Source of the DNA: Candidatus Nezhaarchaeales archaeon
GTDB taxonomy: Archaea; Thermoproteota; Methanomethylicia; Nezhaarchaeales; WYZ-LMO8
DNA: 64,000 nucleotides
Direction: 5' to 3'
Assembly: GCA_038887515.1 (NCBI GenBank)
Contig: JAWAKK010000001.1
Coordinates: 64,001-128,000, forward strand
The notes under the pieces were generated by a model. It saw nothing but the letters and a program-made list of their open reading frames with translations, was not told the origin of the DNA and searched no databases. This document shows, piece by piece, positions 19,790-28,894 of the stretch. Made by a program: the position numbers and the translations under genes. Within the stretch, counting starts at the first letter, position 1; each line of letters starts with the position of its first letter.

Positions 19790-22700
19790 TTGGAGAAGGA
19801 TAGGTCGGAAACATCCTACGCTAAGGCTGTAGGCATAATTGAAGGTAAAACTACTACCAATAGCTTTAGGATTAAGGTCTTGTCCAGCGATGTAGGGAAA
19901 AATTCCTTTCTTGAAGTAGCTCATGAAGGCTCATATTATGTCTGTGGAATTAAAGAGCTCTACCGAACTGAGGACGGCGTCTATGCAGAATGCTTCGTCA
20001 TCGGTCAAGGACCCAAGCTACCCTTTACTCCTGGAAGCCCAGTTTACATAGCTAGAGAGGAACATGTAAGAAAAGCATTAAGGCTAAGTGATGACCCCTC
20101 AACCGGGATATACGTCGGCAAGCTGAAAGGATTAGAATGTAGAATTTGGCTTCCAATAAAGAAGCTCGGGAGAATATTCATAGTCGGAAAACCCGGTTCA
20201 GGTAAGTCTTACACTGCAGGGGTCTTCATAGAGGAATTACTGAAGAAAGGGATACCGCTACTAGTAATAGACGTTCACGGCGAGTACTCAAGTTTGAAGG
20301 TGATGGGTGACGTAACTTCCGAAGAGTTTGATGTATATCCTAAATCTTATGCGGAAAACGTTGTAGAGTTCGGAAATCTCAAAGTTAATCCTGGTGCTGA
20401 CCTCTCGCTTGACATCTTAGAAGCAGCTAGGCCTGAAGACTTGATAGTTCCAGGCCAATGTACAATAATAAATCTTAGGGGCCTACTCAAAGAGGAGCAG
20501 ATATCTCTAGTATCTTTTCTCCTCGAGAAAGTCTTTCAAGCAGTCATGGAAGGTAGGTTGAGGCCCTTTTATTGTGTTCTTGACGAGGCCCATAGATTTG
20601 CTGGAAGAGAGAGGACTAAGGCAACTGATGTTATTAGAAGGTTTGCACAGGAGGGTAGGAAATTTGGTGCAGGACTAGTCGTTATAACTCAAAGACCCCA
20701 ACTACTTGATACGACCGTTAGAGGACTCGTGGGTACATGGGTAATTCATAGACTCTCAGACCCTAATGACATGAGGATAACGTTGGAAAGTGGAGGGCTT
20801 GAAAGTGAGTGGGAAAACGTTATTGCTTGGCTCGAAAGCGGCGAAGCCGTCATAACGGGCGAAGCCGTTGAGAAGATACCGATAATAGTTAGGATTAGAC
20901 CCCGAGAAACAAAGCATGGAGGTGAAGGCTTTAATCCATTGGACTACGCAGCTAAGCCTAGCGACACTTCGGTTACGAAGATTCTTGAAAAGCTCTCTAA
21001 GACCGTAGTGCGCGACTTAGATAAACTTCAAAAACAACCCATTTCAGCTGTAGGCCTTCCCCAAACTTTTTTACCAATAGTCGTTGACGAGTCGGAAATC
21101 TTAACAAAGATCAAAGGCAAGTTACCCAATTTAAATGTCGACATGGTATCGTTAGAGATAAACTACATGCCTGCTCTATACTGTGAAGTTGAGGCGAGGG
21201 TTGAAAGGCAAAACCCTTACGTGAAGTTCTCAGATTCCATTCAGAGGCTAATACCAATCGGAGTAGAGGTTGGAGAGATAAATTGGGATAGCTCCCAAGC
21301 ATATGGCGTAGAATTAAAGGATTTAGAGTCTATCGAACTCCTCCCATCACCCCCACAACCGGGCCTTTATCAAAAAACATGCTTTAATATTGCAGACTCA
21401 AAGGCCGTCAAGAAAGTTAAAGAAGAATTGTTGGCCTACACCGCTACAAAGCTTGTAAAAACGCTCTACTATAGCAAGAAATTAGGTAGGTTTTCGCTGA
21501 CGAGCGATAGGCAAGCCTTCTTGTCAGAGTGCCTTAAGGAGATAGCTGAGATAGAACAAAACGAGGAGAGAAGTCTTGAAGAAAGTTACCTTAAATCTAT
21601 TGCTGAAATAGACAAAGCAATAGAAAGGTACAACGAAAGGCTTCGAAGGCTCAGCGAACAATACAATATTTTAAACTACGAATACGAGCAACTGCGCGAA
21701 CAATTAAAGGAAGCTAAGAAGCAGAAGAAATCCATACTAAAGCTTTCAAAACAGCTAGAGCTTAGAAAAAATAAGATAGAAGCCATTAGGGATGAAATAT
21801 TGAAGATAAACACTCAGATAAGAACATTAAACGATAAAAAACGAGCAATAGAGACGGAGCACAAGGAAAAAGTTAGGGAATTGAGAATAAAAATAGATTC
21901 GCTTAAAAAGTTTGACGTGAAGTCGCTAGTGATCCAACCCGAGCTTGAGGAGCTCTCGGTAAATAGCTTTCAACTCACGTGGGTTCCCATATATAAAGCT
22001 AAAGTGGTCATAGCGGGTGAAAATACGTCCAAAGAAATCGGAGTATGGTGGAACGCCTTAAATGGTAAGGGATTCTACGGTTCGTGTGTTATATGCGATG
22101 CAGAAATAAGGGACCTATCAAACATGGCCATATGTGAAGTATGTTTTAATCCCATGTGTACGGCGCATATACTTGAATGCTATGCCTGTAGGGCACGCAT
22201 ATGTGCTAAGGACTCTTGGACTTGCGAATCATGTTCAAGGACTTTGTGCTTAAAAGAACCTCCATCTAGATGCAAATCTTGCGAAGCATTGTTGTGCAGG
22301 GAATGTGCTAAGAAATGTGTAGCCTGCGGAGGTGAGATAGCCTATTGTTCAAAACATCTAAAGAATTGCCCCGTATGTGGTGTAACGCTGTGCGATGAAC
22401 ACTTTAAAACTCATGTTACGAAATGTAGCATTTGCTCCAAGACTATATGCGAAGCGCTGTCCGACAGATGCTCCATATGCAATGAGCCTCTGTGTAAAAC
22501 TTGTTCAAATATATGTGCCGAGTGCGGTAAGACAATTTGCAGACGACACAGCTGGAGATGCAAAAGCTGCGGTAGGACATTTTGTATAAATGAGGAAAAG
22601 AAAACGTGTAGTGTATGCGGCGAGGATATGTGCTCATCGCATTCAAACTTCTGCGAGTTATGCGGCAAAGTAGCCTGTAAGAATCACACTTATCGATGTA

Positions 22701-22801
22701 CTTCTTGTGGTAAGCTCATATGCAAGGACTGTGTAGGTGAATCTAAGGGTTTTCTCCGGAGAAAAATGCTTTGTGTTGAGTGTGCGAGTAAGGAAAGTTG
22801 A
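19790..22801 (+). CDS. HerA/FtsK-family ATPase (HAS barrel + DUF87) fused to a coiled coil and a tandem Cys/His zinc-finger array
   Basis: Walker A GKPGSGKS, IDVHGEY, Walker B VLDEAH, EGRKFG, TQRP; long heptad-rich segment; 13 CxxC-x4(6)-C-xx-(H/C/other) units. Confidence 0.85.
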   Translation: MEKDRSETSYAKAVGIIEGKTTTNSFRIKVLSSDVGKNSFLEVAHEGSYYVCGIKELYRTEDGVYAECFVIGQGPKLPFTPGSPVYIAREEHVRKALRLSDDPSTGIYVGKLKGLECRIWLPIKKLGRIFIVGKPGSGKSYTAGVFIEELLKKGIPLLVIDVHGEYSSLKVMGDVTSEEFDVYPKSYAENVVEFGNLKVNPGADLSLDILEAARPEDLIVPGQCTIINLRGLLKEEQISLVSFLLEKVFQAVMEGRLRPFYCVLDEAHRFAGRERTKATDVIRRFAQEGRKFGAGLVVITQRPQLLDTTVRGLVGTWVIHRLSDPNDMRITLESGGLESEWENVIAWLESGEAVITGEAVEKIPIIVRIRPRETKHGGEGFNPLDYAAKPSDTSVTKILEKLSKTVVRDLDKLQKQPISAVGLPQTFLPIVVDESEILTKIKGKLPNLNVDMVSLEINYMPALYCEVEARVERQNPYVKFSDSIQRLIPIGVEVGEINWDSSQAYGVELKDLESIELLPSPPQPGLYQKTCFNIADSKAVKKVKEELLAYTATKLVKTLYYSKKLGRFSLTSDRQAFLSECLKEIAEIEQNEERSLEESYLKSIAEIDKAIERYNERLRRLSEQYNILNYEYEQLREQLKEAKKQKKSILKLSKQLELRKNKIEAIRDEILKINTQIRTLNDKKRAIETEHKEKVRELRIKIDSLKKFDVKSLVIQPELEELSVNSFQLTWVPIYKAKVVIAGENTSKEIGVWWNALNGKGFYGSCVICDAEIRDLSNMAICEVCFNPMCTAHILECYACRARICAKDSWTCESCSRTLCLKEPPSRCKSCEALLCRECAKKCVACGGEIAYCSKHLKNCPVCGVTLCDEHFKTHVTKCSICSKTICEALSDRCSICNEPLCKTCSNICAECGKTICRRHSWRCKSCGRTFCINEEKKTCSVCGEDMCSSHSNFCELCGKVACKNHTYRCTSCGKLICKDCVGESKGFLRRKMLCVECASKES

Positions 22802-22805
22802 AAAG

Positions 22806-23600
22806 CTACGAGCCAAATCTCCTCTGTCGCTTCTGATAAGTTCTAATGGCCCTAAGCAAGTCTATATACCTGAATTCAGGCCAATACGCGTCGAGAAAGC
22901 AGAGCTCACTGTAAGCCGATTGCCAAAGCAGAAACCCACTCAACCTTTCTTCACCCGATGTCCTTATTATCAAATCTGGGTGAGGATTCGGAAGATGAGA
23001 AGTATACAAGAACCTCTCGAAAAGTTCTTCATTTATTTCTTCAGGCTTAACCTTTCCCTCAAGTACTAAACTTGTTAATTGCTTTATAGCATCTATTATT
23101 TCCGCCCTTCCACCGTAGGCTACCGCTATATTCAAGTAATAGTTCGAGTATTTCGCGGTAATTTCTTCAAGTTTGTAAAGAAGTTTTTGAATGTGGGACG
23201 GTAATAGCCAAATTCTTCCTAAGGCCTTGATCCTAACACCATTTCTCTGTATACGCTCATCGTTCAAAGCCCTTAACAATGTTTCCTCAACAACTTTCAT
23301 TACTGCTTCAATTTCATCGGATTTTCGTTTGAAGTTTTCAGTCGAAAATACATATATGGTTAAGGTCTTAATTCCAAGCCTTAAACACCAATCTAATAGT
23401 TTCTCGACGTTTTTAGCTCCAATTCTATAACCCTCCTCTAATGGTACCCTCCTTTTCTGTGACCAACGCCTGTTACCATCAAGTATAACTCCTATGTGCT
23501 GAGGTAAAGACCTATAGTTGGCCTTTACAGCTCTTTCAAGCCACTTTTCGTATAATTTGTAAACTCCTAGGTACCTTAAGACTCTTTCAAACCAGCTCAT
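22806..23600 (-). CDS. uppS: cis-prenyltransferase (polyprenyl diphosphate synthase)
   Basis: HIGVILDGNRRW, FSTENFKR, YGGRAEI, DLIIRTSGEERLSGFLLWQSAYSE, RRFG. Confidence 0.96.
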   Translation of the reverse strand: MSWFERVLRYLGVYKLYEKWLERAVKANYRSLPQHIGVILDGNRRWSQKRRVPLEEGYRIGAKNVEKLLDWCLRLGIKTLTIYVFSTENFKRKSDEIEAVMKVVEETLLRALNDERIQRNGVRIKALGRIWLLPSHIQKLLYKLEEITAKYSNYYLNIAVAYGGRAEIIDAIKQLTSLVLEGKVKPEEINEELFERFLYTSHLPNPHPDLIIRTSGEERLSGFLLWQSAYSELCFLDAYWPEFRYIDLLRAIRTYQKRQRRFGS

Positions 23601-24031
23601 TGGCTACGTCGCCTAGCCCTTCTCATGCTTACTTCTTTTAAGCTCTCCTTATTAAACGGTTTACCTGATTCAAGAATCTCCCGGGGAAACTTTTCAAGCC
23701 ACTTTTTCATAAATTCAAGCTCTTCGTTTGGATCCATAATTCGTTGGTCGTCGGGTAACATGTGTGGAATCTCATCTATTATTGGATACCACCGTTGACA
23801 GCCTTCACATATGATGAGCCCTTCTACTACTTCCTTTGAGAAGCAGTCGAGACAGAGATCGTCTGTCGGCTTTACATCTTCAACTCGACCATTCTTTAGA
23901 GCACAGTAGAGAGGACACTTTGATGGTAGTTCCTTCGGCTTTTCCCTTTCTTCAATTACAAACGTTATTAGCTTTAATGGGAATTTCTTACACATAGGAC
24001 ACGCGAGCAAGTCCATAAGTCTTAGCTTCAA
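23597..24031 (-). CDS. trm112: Trm112-family methyltransferase activator
   Basis: LMDLLACPMCK.FPL...EGLIIC..C.RWYPIIDEIP.MLPD. Confidence 0.85.
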   Translation of the reverse strand: MKLRLMDLLACPMCKKFPLKLITFVIEEREKPKELPSKCPLYCALKNGRVEDVKPTDDLCLDCFSKEVVEGLIICEGCQRWYPIIDEIPHMLPDDQRIMDPNEELEFMKKWLEKFPREILESGKPFNKESLKEVSMRRARRRSQ

Positions 24032-24100
24032 TCTTAACCCCCTCGTTACTCAGCTAGTCTTATTCAAATAAATAACCTTCTTCTACTATATACTCTCAAG

Positions 24101-25375
24101 GTGCTTGCGGTGGGCATAACGACTCTATGCGTGTTCGAAGATGAGGGTTGGGAAGCCCTTCTTCCAATCACGTACACTAAAGCCGTTTACGAGCTTACAT
24201 GCGGGTCAAAGACCCTACTTAAAAGGGCTATTGAGACTTTAAATCCTCAAAAAGTCCTATTGATAGCTAGAGAATATCTTAGAGACAAATTGGCTGAAAG
24301 AACTACCTTCATAGTTAACGAACCAGATGTAGAAGGTGAGGTTCTTTTCCTAAATGGAAGACTCCTCTTAGACCCTGAAGCTACCTCAATTATTCGTTCC
24401 ATTAAGGTCGGAGAGGCTTTGTCATGTAAGGGCTCTCTCGCAGCTATGAAGCTTCGAGAAGGGGTAGCACGAGGAGTGATAGTAAACAAGATTTTTGAAC
24501 CTAAACTCGTTAAATCGTTTGCAGAGGTAAGGGAAGTAAACTTAAGGTTCGTTAGGCACCCCTGGGATCTAGTAGAGCTTACGCCGAAACTCCTTGACGA
24601 AGTGTCGACATTGGGAGAGGGTTATGGAGGAGACGATATCAAAATTATCGGAGACCCTAAGATGCTAAGGGTTGCCGGTGAGCTTAATATTGAGGGTCTA
24701 GTGGTGGCGAATGTTAGGAAGGGGCCAATTTACATAGGAAGTGGCTGTCAAATAGAAGGCTATACCGTTATTAAGGGACCAACGTACATAGGTAACAATT
24801 GTGTAATTAAGAGTGCTTACATTGGGTCGGGGTGCTACATAGGTGATATGTGTAGAATAGGTGTTGGAAGCGAGTTGGAAGAGACGATAATTTCAGGCTT
24901 TACAAACAAGCAGCATTTAGGCTTCATAGCTCACTCGTATATAGGTGAGTGGGTGAACATAGGAGCCGGGACAAACGTCTCTGACTTAAAGAATACCTAC
25001 GGTACCGTAAGAGTCTACATAGGCGATTCAAAAATCGATACAGGCCTTATAAAGCTTGGATGTTTTATGGGCGATTACGTAAAGACAAGCATAGGAACGC
25101 AGATGTATTCGGGTAAAAAGATAGGCCCCTTCTCGCACGTACATGGCTTCATATACGATGATGTACCTCCCTTTACAATATGGGCTAAGAGCCTAGGCTT
25201 TGAACCCGTCGAGCTAAGGCTTGAATCTGCAATAGAAACTCAGAAAAGGATGTACGAGAGGAGGGGCTTCTCGCAAACAAAGGCCGATATAGAGCTTATA
25301 AAAAAACTTTTTGAATTAACAGCAAAAGAAAGAGCTAAAAGTGGAGTTAATAAAGAGCCTTTTAAACTAGGCTAA
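24101..25375 (+). CDS. GlmU-like putative sugar nucleotidyl/acyltransferase with left-handed beta-helix
   Basis: FED....LLPITY N-domain; hexapeptide repeats; NKQHLGFIAHSYIGEWVNIGAGT. Confidence 0.8.
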   Translation: MLAVGITTLCVFEDEGWEALLPITYTKAVYELTCGSKTLLKRAIETLNPQKVLLIAREYLRDKLAERTTFIVNEPDVEGEVLFLNGRLLLDPEATSIIRSIKVGEALSCKGSLAAMKLREGVARGVIVNKIFEPKLVKSFAEVREVNLRFVRHPWDLVELTPKLLDEVSTLGEGYGGDDIKIIGDPKMLRVAGELNIEGLVVANVRKGPIYIGSGCQIEGYTVIKGPTYIGNNCVIKSAYIGSGCYIGDMCRIGVGSELEETIISGFTNKQHLGFIAHSYIGEWVNIGAGTNVSDLKNTYGTVRVYIGDSKIDTGLIKLGCFMGDYVKTSIGTQMYSGKKIGPFSHVHGFIYDDVPPFTIWAKSLGFEPVELRLESAIETQKRMYERRGFSQTKADIELIKKLFELTAKERAKSGVNKEPFKLG

Positions 25376-25572
25376 AGTGGTCATCAATAAAACTTCTTAC
25401 TAATAAACGTAATTAAACGAGTTAACAATTTATGTTATCATACATTCTCCAGTATTGAACTAAAGTTGGCAGGAGCATTTCTTAGGCAACTTAAGTTTAT
25501 AGAGCGTTTAAAATAAACCCTTTAGTAGAGGTATAATGACTTTCGATTCATACAGTCTTTTTCTGCGAAGCC

Positions 25573-25590
25573 TATCATAGACTTGTGATA
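25573..25590. promoter_or_regulatory. Inverted repeat TATCA-N8-TGATA upstream of the second aor
   Basis: TATCATAGACTTGTGATA lies just upstream of an A/T box (AAGCTTAAAAA) and 44 nt before the ATG. Confidence 0.35.
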
Positions 25591-25633
25591 AAGCTTAAAA
25601 AAGGTACCCCCCAAACTATAGGGGAGAATTTCC

Positions 25634-27493
25634 ATGCCGCCCAAATTTTACGGTTACACTGGGAAAATTTTATGGATAAATCTATCAAAACGAGAATTTA
25701 AGAAACTTGACCTCGACGAGAATCTGGCGAGGAACTACATAGGGGCTAGAGGGTTCGGCATTAAGATTTTATGGGATCACTTAAAACCAGGCATAGACCC
25801 TTTTGCTCCTGAAAATAAGTTTATAATTACGTTGGGACCATTAGCTTGTACCGGCGTACAGGCTGCTAGTAGGTCCTTTGCGGCCTTCAAGTCTCCATTA
25901 ACTAACACGTATTTTAGATGTACTGCTGGTGGTTCCGCAGGTGCTGAGATAAAATTGGCTGGCTATGATGTAGTCGTAGTCGATGGCAGAGCAGAAAAAC
26001 CAACTTACGTCTACATTAATAATGATAGAGTGGAGTTCCGCGATGCTTCCCACGTATGGGGATTGACGACGGATTTAGCTGTCGAGTACTTAAGAGATGA
26101 AACGGACAAGAGTGCGGGCATCTTTGTTATAGGTCCTGCTGGAGAAAGATTGGTAAGGTTTGCATGCATTCAAACTCACGATCAAAGAAGCTTCGGGAGG
26201 GGTGGCGGAGGCGCCGTCTGGGGTGCCAAGAACTTAAAGGCAATAGTTGTCAAGGGAAGCAAGAGGCCGGAGATCTATGATGAGGAAAAGTTCCGCTCCC
26301 TCCTCAAAGAGGAGCTAGAGATCTTTAAATCCCATCCGTTTGTGCGAGCTTTTCACGGCTTAGGGACTGCTGGAGTAACGTATTTGTTCTATACTTTGGG
26401 ACACTTCCCAACTTATAATTTTAAGCAGCTCGAATTACCAAATGTAGAGAGGTTTAAGCCTGAGGTTCTCGAGAAGTACGTCATAAAGCGCAAAGGTTGC
26501 TATGGATGCATGATAGCTTGTTGGCAATACATGAAAGTAGACAGGGGACCCTTTGCTGGAGTAGCGTGGGATAAGCCTGAATATGAAACTTTGTGGTCAT
26601 TTGGAGGCAACCTAGGTATAACGAACTTAGAGGGAATAATAGTAGCTAACATGTTATGTGATAAGTATGGCATTGATACCATGTCGGCGGGCTCTGTAAT
26701 AGGTTTCGTTTACGAACTTTACGAAAAGGGCATTCTAAGTAAGAGCGAACTTGACGGGTTGGAACCGAAGTGGGGAGACATAGAGCCAGCGCTTGAGCTC
26801 GTTAGGAAAATTGCGTTGAGGGAAGGCGTTGGAAACTTACTTGCCGAAGGCGTTAAGAGAGCAGCAGAAATTATTGGTAGGGGGGCCGAGAGATTCGCCT
26901 TTCACATTAAAGGCCTGGAAATGCCAGGGTACGACCCTCGGGCGGCAAAGGCACACGGATTAAACCTCTCCACATCGAATATAGGTGCTAGCCACATGAT
27001 TGGATGGAACTACTTTGAGATCTTTGGAGTACCGAAGAAAGTAGATCCGTTCGCTGTTGAGGGTAAGGGTGAATTATGTAAGTACGTACAAGACGAAGCT
27101 GCTTTACTGGACTCCGTAGGTTTATGTCAGTTCCCTGCTTCAAATGGTCTGCCGCCTTTAGAATTACTGGCTAAGTTATTGTACGCTGCTACTGGAATCG
27201 AAGAATTCAAAGACGCCAAGTATCTGCTCCTTGTTGGAGAAAGGGTATATAACCTCGAAAGAGCCTTCAACGTTAGAGAAGGATTTGAAAGAGAACACGA
27301 TACGATGCCTGAAAGGATAGTTTACGAAAAAGTCCCCAGACCACCAGCTATGGGCCAAATTTTCGAGTTGGATAGGTTACTAGAAGATTACTATAGAGCC
27401 CGCGGATGGAGTACTAAGACAGGTAAGCCGTCTAAGAAGAAGCTGGAGGAGCTTGGACTCTCGGAGGTTGCTGATACCATAGGGGCAGAGTGA
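25634..27493 (+). CDS. aor: Second tungsten aldehyde:ferredoxin oxidoreductase family protein
   Basis: GYTGKIL, YIGARG, KSPLT, IGPAGE, GRGG.GAV.GAKNLKA, CYGCMIAC, PEYET, DKYGIDTMS, YYRARGW. Confidence 0.93.
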   Translation: MPPKFYGYTGKILWINLSKREFKKLDLDENLARNYIGARGFGIKILWDHLKPGIDPFAPENKFIITLGPLACTGVQAASRSFAAFKSPLTNTYFRCTAGGSAGAEIKLAGYDVVVVDGRAEKPTYVYINNDRVEFRDASHVWGLTTDLAVEYLRDETDKSAGIFVIGPAGERLVRFACIQTHDQRSFGRGGGGAVWGAKNLKAIVVKGSKRPEIYDEEKFRSLLKEELEIFKSHPFVRAFHGLGTAGVTYLFYTLGHFPTYNFKQLELPNVERFKPEVLEKYVIKRKGCYGCMIACWQYMKVDRGPFAGVAWDKPEYETLWSFGGNLGITNLEGIIVANMLCDKYGIDTMSAGSVIGFVYELYEKGILSKSELDGLEPKWGDIEPALELVRKIALREGVGNLLAEGVKRAAEIIGRGAERFAFHIKGLEMPGYDPRAAKAHGLNLSTSNIGASHMIGWNYFEIFGVPKKVDPFAVEGKGELCKYVQDEAALLDSVGLCQFPASNGLPPLELLAKLLYAATGIEEFKDAKYLLLVGERVYNLERAFNVREGFEREHDTMPERIVYEKVPRPPAMGQIFELDRLLEDYYRARGWSTKTGKPSKKKLEELGLSEVADTIGAE

Positions 27494-27501
27494 ATAATGT
27501 C

Positions 27502-27771
27502 ATGCGAGTGTTGGTAGAATTCTTGGGAGAGGTGCGAAGATTAACCGGTAGGTCTATTGCTTGGATAGAGTTGCCTGAAGAAGCTTCTTTACATACACTT
27601 TTTTATAAAATATCGGATCTCTTTGGAAAAGATGTTTATGAATCTATGGTTCACAAATTTTTCGAAAAGCAACTTTTCGTATTTGTGAATGGAATTTCGG
27701 TGGGTGGGCTTGAACACAAGCTTAAAAACATGGATAGAGTTCTCTTTACAACGTTAGCTTACGGGGGATAA
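27502..27771 (+). CDS. MoaD/ThiS-family ubiquitin-like sulfur carrier (SAMP-like)
   Basis: Beta-grasp pattern, FVNG, C-terminal GG; follows aor. ATG 27502 preferred over GTG 27490. Confidence 0.8.
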   Translation: MRVLVEFLGEVRRLTGRSIAWIELPEEASLHTLFYKISDLFGKDVYESMVHKFFEKQLFVFVNGISVGGLEHKLKNMDRVLFTTLAYGG

Positions 27772-27838
27772 AGACCTCTGTCTCGAGGCTTTGTACGAAA
27801 GGTTATTACAGCCTTTGCCAAGAGTTTTTGATTGAAAC

Positions 27839-28102
27839 TCATAGTTCTTCTTCGTTTGCGTCATAGTCCTTGCACTTAACGACATTAAGGACATCGTATA
27901 TTATTCCCTTCGTCACCATCTCTTCATAGGTTCTCCAAACCCGCTTAATTGTGAGATATGATGTTTTGAAACCTTCGGCTTCGAGTTTAGCTTTAACCTT
28001 ATCGTAAAAGCTCTCTGGTTTAACGTAGCTCTCATCTGCTAGAACCTTCATTATCGTCCTAATTACGTCGGAAGTATGAGGATATCCTTTTTTCCTCTTC
28101 AT
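27839..28102 (-). CDS. Small hypothetical protein (possible winged helix)
   Basis: 87-aa ORF overlapping the radical SAM stop; basic and helical composition. Confidence 0.55.
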   Translation of the reverse strand: MKRKKGYPHTSDVIRTIMKVLADESYVKPESFYDKVKAKLEAEGFKTSYLTIKRVWRTYEEMVTKGIIYDVLNVVKCKDYDANEEEL

Positions 28103-28869
28103 ATTAATTCCTCCGGAATCCTATTTGGATCATAAGATATTTTGGGCTTTACACCGCTCTTCGTAAGTCTTTTAATTACATGAGGATACATGAAGACGTA
28201 TTCTTCTTCAATTTCGTTAGCTATCCTGACGTCTATCTCTAAGAGTTTTTCCCTTATCTTGTTGTAGCCTTCTCTATCGCTAAATGAGAGCATTACGGCT
28301 GGGTGGCAGGACACCCCGTAATCTAAAAGGTTCTTTAAAGCTCGAAGTTGCAAATTGAACTGCTCTGGTAATGCTCCGGTTAACAGCGAAAACTCTTCTT
28401 CACTGGTACCCTTAATGGATACCCTCACGCGCACCTTATTGAACTTTGAGAGCGCGTGCGCATAGCTTTTATCGCTTCCTATGAGTATACCATTGGTCTC
28501 AAGTATGAAGTTTAAGTGTCCGTCAGCTTCGACGAGTTCTATTACTTTTAATAGGTGCTCTTTGCCTATCGTTGGCTCATTACCACTTATCCTTATTTGG
28601 CGATAGCCATGCTTTAAAGCGCAGTCCTTAAGTGCGTTGTAGACCTCTTCGGGAGTATAGAACTTTCCTATTTGTTCTGGAAAGTCTCGGGGAGCTCCAC
28701 TCCAACAAAAAATACACCTTAAATTACATCCACAACAGTCTGCAGTCGCTATCCCATCATACCACTTACCGCCTCTTGCGATTCTATAATATTTCCTGCT
28801 TATACCTTTAATAACGATCTTTTCGATAGCCTCCGACATCCTTAATGCGTCAAAAGGCATTACTACCAA
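28099..28869 (-). CDS. Radical SAM protein (COG5014-like)
   Basis: GCNLRCIFCW (CxxxCxxC), RISGNEP, FILETNG, RVSIKG. Confidence 0.85.
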   Translation of the reverse strand: MVVMPFDALRMSEAIEKIVIKGISRKYYRIARGGKWYDGIATADCCGCNLRCIFCWSGAPRDFPEQIGKFYTPEEVYNALKDCALKHGYRQIRISGNEPTIGKEHLLKVIELVEADGHLNFILETNGILIGSDKSYAHALSKFNKVRVRVSIKGTSEEEFSLLTGALPEQFNLQLRALKNLLDYGVSCHPAVMLSFSDREGYNKIREKLLEIDVRIANEIEEEYVFMYPHVIKRLTKSGVKPKISYDPNRIPEELI

Positions 28870-28894
28870 GCTTAGTAATATAAGAGGGGTAGTT

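Noticed and set aside
22085-22801. Cys-rich tail as multiheme cytochrome or polyferredoxin
   Set aside because: No CxxCH motifs, no signal peptide, and the spacing does not fit CxxCxxCxxxC.
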